The position numbers and the translations under genes were made by a program. Under the pieces are notes generated by a model. It did no database searches. It was not told the origin of the DNA and was given only the letters and a program-made list of their open reading frames with translations. Below, piece after piece: positions 57,993-64,000 of a DNA stretch of 64,000 nucleotides. Origin of the DNA: a virus; the IMG/VR virus record IMGVR_UViG_3300019757_000007, positions 10,567-74,566 of that record. The stretch is one strand, 5' to 3'. Within the stretch, counting starts at the first letter, position 1, and every line of letters starts with the position of its first letter.

Positions 57993-58733
57993 ATGGGATA
58001 CATGAAATTAGATTTATTTTTACAAAAAGCAATTAAAAAACATGGCCTAAATAATTATAATTATAAAACATTAACTACAAAATGGTGGGATATTAATTAT
58101 AAAAATACTAATACTAAAATAGAAGCTATATGTGCTATTTGTAATTATAAAAATTATCCAACTATATCTAATCATTTTTCTAACCCTGGTTGTCTTAGAT
58201 GTTCAGGAAAACTTCCAATAACTAGAGAGATCTTTTTAGAAAGAGTAAATAATATACATAATAATAAATATAAATATAATCTTATAACTAATATACTTTG
58301 GGAAAAAAAAGATAATATTAATATCTTTAAAGTCCCTATCATTTGTGACAAACATGGTATTTTTCATCAAACTATTAATAATCATATGAATATAAAAAAT
58401 GGTTGTCCAATATGTAATGAGTCAAAGGGAGAAAAAGTAGTTCGAGAATATCTAGAAGAAAATAATATTATATTTAATCAAGAATATAGATTTTCTAATT
58501 TTAAAAGATATTCTTTTGATTTTTATATAGAAGATAGTAATCTAGTTATAGAATACGATGGCGAATATCATTATAAAGAAATTAAAAATAGAGAAGAACA
58601 ATTAATAAAAACACAAGAAAGAGATAAAATGAAAAATAAATATTGTAAAGATAATGGTATTAATATCATTAGAATTCCTTATTGGGATATAAATAAAATA
58701 GAAAATATATTAGAGGGGGTGACTCGTGGGTAG
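57993..58733 (+). CDS. Putative free-standing homing endonuclease, same family as 41953..42657
   Basis: CDKHG...H...GCPIC; SFDFY...IEYDGEYH; overlaps the beta'-N start. Confidence 0.75.
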   Translation: MGYMKLDLFLQKAIKKHGLNNYNYKTLTTKWWDINYKNTNTKIEAICAICNYKNYPTISNHFSNPGCLRCSGKLPITREIFLERVNNIHNNKYKYNLITNILWEKKDNINIFKVPIICDKHGIFHQTINNHMNIKNGCPICNESKGEKVVREYLEENNIIFNQEYRFSNFKRYSFDFYIEDSNLVIEYDGEYHYKEIKNREEQLIKTQERDKMKNKYCKDNGINIIRIPYWDINKIENILEGVTRG

Positions 58734-60054
58734 TGCCTTTAATCTTCTAGATGTAAATAAATTTGTAAAAGAAAAGAATAGTAGAGTTATTACGACAAGT
58801 AGAACATTTACTAAAGATAAAGATAATCAAATGGTACCAAATAGTGGTTCGTTATACGATCCAGCCCTTTTTGGATTTACTAGTAAAGATCAATTTGAAA
58901 AGTACAGTTACATTAATTTAAACGAAGTTGTTATGCATCCAGTTATTCATAAGAATATTGGTAAAGTAGGAACCGATTTTAATAAATGTATGCAAAAGAA
59001 AAAGAAATTTGTGGTTCACGAAGGTATTTTAGTTGAATCAGCTGGTGGAGGTAATGGAATTAATTTCATTATTAATAACTGGAATAAAATAAATTTTGAG
59101 AAATACAGAAATGAAAAGAATACTTTATTTATAGATTTTATTAGTAAAACTAGAAAAGATTTACTTACTATTGATAAAGTACCAGTTATTCCTATTGCGT
59201 ATAGAAACTTTACTACTAGTCATGGTATGGTAGAAGAAGATGAGATTACTGATTTATATAAAAAGTTAATGAAAGTAACTGAGAATAAAGATTGGGTAAA
59301 AGAATTATCTGCAGAAGACCAAGATACTTTTGACGAGGTTATTCAAAATATTTATCAGAATACTTCAAAAAAAGATTATGTTCAGAAGTACTTAAATAAT
59401 TTATATACTTACTTCTTAGGTAAACTAGAAAAGAAAAATGGATTCTTTCAAGGTTCATTAATTGGTAAAAGATTAGATAATGTTGCTAGATTCGTTATTA
59501 ACGCTCAACCAGATATCCCATTAGATTGTTGCGCATTACCGTGGCAAGGTCTTCTTAATATATTTGACTTATTTGTAATCTCTTATGTATCAAGAGAAGA
59601 TAATGTAGCTTTAGCGGAAAGTCTAGGTTTAGTAGATGCCTCTGCAGATGAAATTGGAGAATTACTAGCTTATATTTATAAGAATGCTGGTATATATGTA
59701 ACTCATTATCCAGAGAGAGCTAAGATTTGGATAGATCTATTAGCTCAAATTTTTAATGATAATCCAGAGTTAAGAGTACTAGCTAAAAGGGATCCAGGTT
59801 GGAATGATCATTCTTTCTGGGCTTTTAAGCCAATTATTATTACTGATATATCTTATCAAATGATTGTACCCGCTTTTATCTATGCTCCAATAGGAGGGGA
59901 TAGTTTCAGTACTAATTCTTATTTACAATCAGTTCCATCTGAGTACATAGATATTACTAAAGAATATATTATCCGTGGTACTAATCCAAATGTTAATAAA
60001 TTCATATCTAGTAAAGTACTACATGATAGTTTAAAAGCAAAGAGAGGAGATTAA
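58726..60054 (+). CDS. rpoC: RNA polymerase beta' N-terminal piece (set B; 392 aa) fused to a 50-aa split-intein N-fragment
   Basis: SLYDPALFG, PVIPIAYR, LIGKRLDNVARFVI, KRDPGW...AFKP, YAPIGGD then SFSTNSYL (intein block A-like); GTG start with GAGGGG RBS. Confidence 0.92.
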   Translation: MGSAFNLLDVNKFVKEKNSRVITTSRTFTKDKDNQMVPNSGSLYDPALFGFTSKDQFEKYSYINLNEVVMHPVIHKNIGKVGTDFNKCMQKKKKFVVHEGILVESAGGGNGINFIINNWNKINFEKYRNEKNTLFIDFISKTRKDLLTIDKVPVIPIAYRNFTTSHGMVEEDEITDLYKKLMKVTENKDWVKELSAEDQDTFDEVIQNIYQNTSKKDYVQKYLNNLYTYFLGKLEKKNGFFQGSLIGKRLDNVARFVINAQPDIPLDCCALPWQGLLNIFDLFVISYVSREDNVALAESLGLVDASADEIGELLAYIYKNAGIYVTHYPERAKIWIDLLAQIFNDNPELRVLAKRDPGWNDHSFWAFKPIIITDISYQMIVPAFIYAPIGGDSFSTNSYLQSVPSEYIDITKEYIIRGTNPNVNKFISSKVLHDSLKAKRGD

Positions 60055-60055
60055 G

Positions 60056-61327
60056 ATGGCAAGATTTTATAACACTAAAAATAAGTTATTAGAAGAATCT
60101 TATGTTGATCCAGGTCAGACTAAAATAGATTATGATTTAAAAAGTATGAGTTCAGAATCTGGATCTAGGGATAATACTAGATATAATGGTAAAATTCTTA
60201 TTCCAGATGCTTTCTTACCTCCTAAATGGTACGAAGAAACTAAAAAAGAATTTAGGACAAAGATCCTGGATGATTATAAAAAGAATGGAATGAAACTAGA
60301 TAATAATTATGTTAAAAAATTATTAGTACAAGTTCTTTTAAATCAAACATCGTTAAAGATTAAATATCCACTGACTAAGAAAACGGTTCCTTTATTAATG
60401 GAGCAAATGTATCAATTATTTCCAGATGATGAATTCTTATGGAGATACCAATTAGTATATGAAGCTGGGTTCTTTTTAAGTACTTTAGTACCAAGTTCTT
60501 TCTCACCTAAAGCATTAACACTTCCTGATCAATTCAAGAAGAAAAGAGAAGCTATTATTGTTAAGTTTAAAGTTCAAGAAAAACTAAATAGAGATAAAGC
60601 TATTATTCAAGCTAATAAAGATTTAAATAATCTTACAGAAGAGGTTGCTCAGTACTTCAGAGATAATGATATTAAGGTTATTGATTTAATTGATTCCGGA
60701 TCTAAAGGTGGAATTGATGATATTAGAAAGCTACTAATTGCTACTGGTTTAAGTATTAATTCACAGGGTGTTATTAATGATATTATTCTTAATTCGCATA
60801 CAGATGGATTAGAACAGACTCAATTCTTTAATTATAGTTCTCAGGGTATTGTATCATTGTATGCAAAATCAACCGAGACGGCTATTCCGGGATATTTAAT
60901 TAGAAAATTATATACTATGATGGAACCAGTTAATTTAAGTTCTAATCCAGATTGCGGTACTACTAAATATTTCCACTTTGCTGTACAGACTGAAGATATG
61001 GCTAAAAGATTAGTAGGTAGAATATTTAAAGATGGTAGTTCTTTTACTCAAATTATGCCAGAAGATTATCAAGATTATGTTGGTAAGACATTACTTTTGA
61101 GAAGCCCACTTGAGTGTAAAGCAAAAGATGGTATTTGTAAGACTTGTTTTAATCCAAGATATATAGAAGAAATGGAAGTAAAACCAAAAGATAAATTAGG
61201 TTTAAAATGTGTTGGTAGTATCGCTGGTACTCTAACGGATTTAACTCTTAAAGCATCACATACTGGTCTATCATTAAATAGAGCCGAAGTTGATATCAGA
61301 AAAGATATCTCAAGATATACACATTAA
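60056..61327 (+). CDS. rpoC: RNA polymerase beta' middle piece (set B), through bridge helix and trigger loop
   Basis: DSGSKG, DGLEQTQFF, TAIPGYLIRKL, DCGT, RSPLEC...GICKTCF, LKASHTG. Confidence 0.93.
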   Translation: MARFYNTKNKLLEESYVDPGQTKIDYDLKSMSSESGSRDNTRYNGKILIPDAFLPPKWYEETKKEFRTKILDDYKKNGMKLDNNYVKKLLVQVLLNQTSLKIKYPLTKKTVPLLMEQMYQLFPDDEFLWRYQLVYEAGFFLSTLVPSSFSPKALTLPDQFKKKREAIIVKFKVQEKLNRDKAIIQANKDLNNLTEEVAQYFRDNDIKVIDLIDSGSKGGIDDIRKLLIATGLSINSQGVINDIILNSHTDGLEQTQFFNYSSQGIVSLYAKSTETAIPGYLIRKLYTMMEPVNLSSNPDCGTTKYFHFAVQTEDMAKRLVGRIFKDGSSFTQIMPEDYQDYVGKTLLLRSPLECKAKDGICKTCFNPRYIEEMEVKPKDKLGLKCVGSIAGTLTDLTLKASHTGLSLNRAEVDIRKDISRYTH

Positions 61328-61337
61328 AAGAAGAAAA

Positions 61338-61610
61338 ATGAATCAAATAGATATGATAAAATTAATAACAGAGTCGGAAATGGCTGCTGTTAAGAAAGTT
61401 AAAGATCCTGAGAAGCTAAAAAAGATGGCTGCTCGAGATAAAGAGTGGGGTCATGATCCAGCTATGACTAAAGAGTGTCAAGGAATGTCTAGACATTATA
61501 GAGTATGTGGTGGTTGTATTAATGATTTAAAAAGAAAGTACAAGAATGATAATTCTATGCTTTTAAAGATAGCGAAAGCTAAAGAAATTAATCAGGCGAA
61601 TAAAAAATGA
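61338..61610 (+). CDS. Small protein with Cys motifs, candidate internal head protein
   Basis: Likely start MNQIDMIKLITE/S; CGGC. Confidence 0.6.
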   Translation: MNQIDMIKLITESEMAAVKKVKDPEKLKKMAARDKEWGHDPAMTKECQGMSRHYRVCGGCINDLKRKYKNDNSMLLKIAKAKEINQANKK

Positions 61611-61843
61611 TTTTAAATGTAGATACTAGTACTATACTAGAAGAAGCTAAGATAACTTTAGCTGAGAAAAAGAAAATTGGTAAGACTGAAAATAAAACTG
61701 ATGATAAATTTAATCCAAGTGAAAGATTCAGTGATTCTGAAATTCGGGGAGAACTTAAAGATATGAAAGAAGCTAGTACTGGTCAGAGTAAAGTTTCTGA
61801 ATCTTTAAGCGCCATTATAGATTTTATTTCTGGTGGGAAATAG
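61607..61843 (+). CDS. Small protein, candidate internal head protein
   Basis: N-term ...TILEE/A. Confidence 0.6.
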   Translation: MILNVDTSTILEEAKITLAEKKKIGKTENKTDDKFNPSERFSDSEIRGELKDMKEASTGQSKVSESLSAIIDFISGGK

Positions 61844-61851
61844 CTGGCAAT

Positions 61852-62076
61852 AAAACAGTATAGAAATATTAAAATATGGGGAGCAATCCCCTAGATAATT
61901 GGTATGTTGTGGTTATTGACTTAGTCCTAACTCTTTGTTGTTCATACTGTTTTCACATTGTGTCCTTATAGGCGAGAAATATTTATAAGATTGGTTATCT
62001 TTTAACAATATTCTTCGACTGACTATAAAGCTGTAATTGACGTGGTCTGCTTTTACAATAGAGATGGAAACATCTC
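61852..62076 (+). ncRNA. Candidate structured RNA / leader of the tRNA cluster
   Basis: 10-bp pairing 61852-61861/61944-61953; GNRA hairpins GGGGA-GCAA-TCCCC and GAGATG-GAAA-CATCTC. Confidence 0.4.
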
Positions 62077-62081
62077 AAATT

Positions 62082-62171
62082 AGAGTATTGTCAGAGTCTG
62101 GTTTATCGTACGTCCCTGCTAAGGACGTGTATCGAAAGGTACCACTGGTTCAAATCCAGTATACTCTGCCA
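62082..62171 (+). tRNA. tRNA-Ser(GCT)
   Basis: Acceptor AGAGTAT/ATACTCT, anticodon arm CGTCC-CTGCTAA-GGACG, long variable arm, GCCA end. Confidence 0.92.
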
Positions 62172-62190
62172 AAAAAAAGGAATTGTAATT

Positions 62191-62427
62191 ATGGGTAGAT
62201 ATTATGCAGAAGATTTATTTACAGGTTTAGAGTTCGATAAAATATATAAAAATGTTGATAGAGTAACTCAAGAAATATTTTCATGTTCGAATAATACAAA
62301 CAAACTAAATATTATCAAAGCAAATAATTTAGAAGACTTATGTTCTAAAATAATTAATTGCAATACAAAAATACAAATTAATGATATAGTTCAAAGAAGA
62401 TTTGAAGAATTATATATTTTAAATTAG
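62191..62427 (+). CDS. Small hypothetical protein in the tRNA cluster
   Basis: ORF with AAGGA RBS. Confidence 0.55.
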   Translation: MGRYYAEDLFTGLEFDKIYKNVDRVTQEIFSCSNNTNKLNIIKANNLEDLCSKIINCNTKIQINDIVQRRFEELYILN

Positions 62428-62502
62428 GGGAATTAGCTCAGTTGGGAGAGCAATACATTTGCAATGTATAGGTCAACGGTTCGGATCCGTTATTCTCCAC
62501 CA
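62427..62502 (+). tRNA. tRNA-Ala(TGC)
   Basis: GGGGAAT/ATTCTCC with G3:U70, anticodon TGC, ACCA end. Confidence 0.95.
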
Positions 62503-62612
62503 AATACCGAACCTATTGATTTAGGATAAATTCTAGATATATTTAAAGGAAAATAAATGTATAAGTTTACAAATAAAGGTGCTAAATTTTAACTTTCTTC
62601 AAAGGAGTTAAA

Positions 62613-62795
62613 ATGAAAAAAGCATATAAATTAAGTAAAGAAACTAGTAACAATAGAGAATATAAATCTACTATGAAACATTATAGAAGACTATGTCCAT
62701 ATTGTAAACCACATCAAGGTTGTAATAAGAATCCAAACATGGATCATAAATCTTGGAAAACATATAGAAAAACTCAATATAGATATCTAAATTGA
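62613..62795 (+). CDS. Small basic protein with CPYC motif
   Basis: ORF with AAGGAG RBS. Confidence 0.55.
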   Translation: MKKAYKLSKETSNNREYKSTMKHYRRLCPYCKPHQGCNKNPNMDHKSWKTYRKTQYRYLN

Positions 62796-62801
62796 GTAAA
62801 T

Positions 62802-62875
62802 TCCCGAGTAGCTTGAAGGTCAAGCAGCTGACTGTTAATCAGAAGTCAAAGTTTCGATTACTTTCTTGGGAGCCA
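62802..62875 (+). tRNA. tRNA-Asn(GTT)
   Basis: TCCCGAG/CTTGGGA, anticodon loop CTGTTAA, GCCA end. Confidence 0.88.
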
Positions 62876-62888
62876 TAAAATATTCAGA

Positions 62889-62959
62889 TGGGGATTCGCC
62901 AAGTGGTAAGGCAGTAGCTTTTGGCGCTACCATCATAGGTTCGAATCCTATATTCCCAT
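62889..62959 (+). tRNA. tRNA-Gln(TTG), atypical: no encoded CCA, extended acceptor stem
   Basis: TGGGGAT/ATTCCCA, GTAGC-TTTTGGC-GCTAC, T-arm GGTTCGAATCC. Confidence 0.8.
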
Positions 62960-62979
62960 CTGAGTATTTAATACATGTT

Positions 62980-63155
62980 AGTACGCTTCTAAACAGCAGA
63001 GGCTAACTATTGTTGGAGTAGTTAGAAACTCGCGAATGACGGTCAAGGGATGAAGAAAGTGATTTTCATTAGTATTCCAATAAATAGGTCCATCACCTTG
63101 AAAGAATTAGTACCACTGTCCAAATCTAATTCATACATTATTGACTAGAAGTATC
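62980..63155 (+). ncRNA. Candidate structured ncRNA between tRNAs
   Basis: Helices CTAACTA/TAGTTAG, TCAAGG-GATG/CATC-A-CCTTGA, GAATTAG/CTAATTC, possible closing CTTCTA/TAGAAG. Confidence 0.45.
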
Positions 63156-63242
63156 TTCAGTCCTTTGTCTTTAAAAAGAAATAATATTATCAGAAAATAT
63201 TATAAATATCTTAGAATATAAAATATCTTAAGGTATTCATAA

Positions 63243-63320
63243 AGCGGAATAGAGAAGTTTGGTCGTCTCGCTAGGCTCATAACCTAGAGATCGCTGGTTC
63301 AAATCCAGCTTCCGCAACCA
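63243..63320 (+). tRNA. tRNA-Met(CAT), initiator-like
   Basis: A1:A72 mismatch, CTAGG-CTCATAA-CCTAG, ACCA end. Confidence 0.9.
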
Positions 63321-63326
63321 ATAAAT

Positions 63327-63403
63327 TGTCCTATAGCTCAGTCGGTTAGAGCGTTTGCCTGATAAGCAAAAGGTCGATAGTTCAAGTCTATCTAGGACAA
63401 CCA
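63327..63403 (+). tRNA. tRNA-Ile(GAT)
   Basis: TGTCCTA/TAGGACA, anticodon loop CTGATAA, ACCA end. Confidence 0.95.
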
Positions 63404-63411
63404 AAATAAAT

Positions 63412-63487
63412 GCTTCAGTAGCTCAGTTGGTAGAGCAGAATACTTGTAATGTTCAGGTCGTAGGTTCAAGTCCTATCTGAAGCTCCA
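63412..63487 (+). tRNA. tRNA-Thr(TGT)
   Basis: GCTTCAG/CTGAAGC, anticodon loop CTTGTAA, TCCA end. Confidence 0.95.
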
Positions 63488-63530
63488 TTTAAATTTCGAA
63501 ATTTAATAATTATGTGTGTATACACACAAG

Positions 63531-63567
63531 ATATCTTCTTCCTTAATTGGGGGAGATATTCCTGTCG
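63531..63567 (+). terminator. Hairpin + TTCCTGTCG element, copy 4, closing the tRNA cluster
   Basis: ATATCTTCTTC...GGGGGAGATAT then TCCTGTCG. Confidence 0.55.
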
Positions 63568-63628
63568 TTAAAATAAGACGTTCATAAAAAAAAAGAACAA
63601 AGATATATCAAAATAAAGGATTTAAATA

Positions 63629-64000
63629 ATGCAAATTAAAAAAATATTTAACTTAGAAGAAGTACTTACTTCAGATGAGTTCATTGCTCAAAAACAAGAT
63701 GAAATTACTGCTCAATATCAAAGAAAATACTCAGGTTTACTTGTAAAAGTATATACTTATTGTAAAGAAGATAGAAAAATAGTTATTAGTACTTCGGAAG
63801 CTAGTAAACTATTTATTGGAGCTACGGATAAAACATTAGCTCATAGATTAATTGATGAACAGAGTTTATTAAGTCTTGATAATGAAATGACTGATACATA
63901 TGAATTAATTATTACTACTGATACAGCTCTTCCAGATTATGTTACAGCTATCGATGTAGCTCAAGCTAAAGCAGATGAGAAATTCGATTCGAATAAATCA
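63629..64000 (+). CDS. Hypothetical protein, runs off the window edge
   Basis: AAGGA RBS, MQIKKIFNLEEVLTSDEF..., open to the end of the window. Confidence 0.65.
   Translation, partial: MQIKKIFNLEEVLTSDEFIAQKQDEITAQYQRKYSGLLVKVYTYCKEDRKIVISTSEASKLFIGATDKTLAHRLIDEQSLLSLDNEMTDTYELIITTDTALPDYVTAIDVAQAKADEKFDSNKS

Noticed and set aside
59902-60054. Group I intron or frameshift as the explanation for the truncated catalytic motif
   Set aside because: The missing segment lies upstream behind a clear intein C-terminus, the tail is in frame, and the next gene starts 2 nt after the stop, leaving no room for an intron core.
24445-63155. Naming the candidate ncRNAs as 6S, SRP, RNase P or tmRNA
   Set aside because: Diagnostic motifs were not convincingly found by eye.
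1-64000. Alternative genetic code (stop-codon reassignment)
   Set aside because: Long conserved genes are intact in the standard code, TAA/TAG/TGA all end genes, and no suppressor tRNA is seen.

Overview
Very AT-rich, gene-dense segment of a large lytic (jumbo-type) phage genome. The host is probably a Campylobacterota member, inferred from a CheY-like gene with the TTEGGK signature. Genes from 1 to ~41.8 kb are on the minus strand and genes from ~41.9 to 64 kb on the plus strand. The window encodes two distinct multi-subunit RNA polymerases, both fragmented. The minus-strand set has four pieces (beta-N, beta-C, beta'-N, and beta'-C with an NHDYDGD catalytic motif). The plus-strand set is probably the virion RNAP. 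Main finding: the catalytic DxDGD loop of the plus-strand RNAP is not encoded contiguously. The beta'-N gene (58726..60054) stops at ...PIGGD and continues into a 50-aa intein N-fragment. A gene ~8 kb upstream (50618..51958) encodes a 388-aa intein C-fragment ending in HN, followed by SDGDIMGV... and the next conserved beta' segment. Protein trans-splicing would build the active site (GGD-SDGD). Also present: a split family-B DNA polymerase piece, ligase, SSB, clamp loader, RecJ, primase-helicase, GAT-QueC, NADAR, a NUDT16-like Nudix, a SpoT-type HD hydrolase, MazG, a TAXI solute-binding protein, three free-standing endonucleases, seven tRNA genes (one atypical), three candidate structured ncRNAs, and three recurring intergenic motifs (a long AT-rich promoter, a 21-bp TAGCTGGCTATAGTGAGCTAG element, and hairpin+TTCCTGTCG). 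All assignments come from motif recognition by eye; no searches were run.
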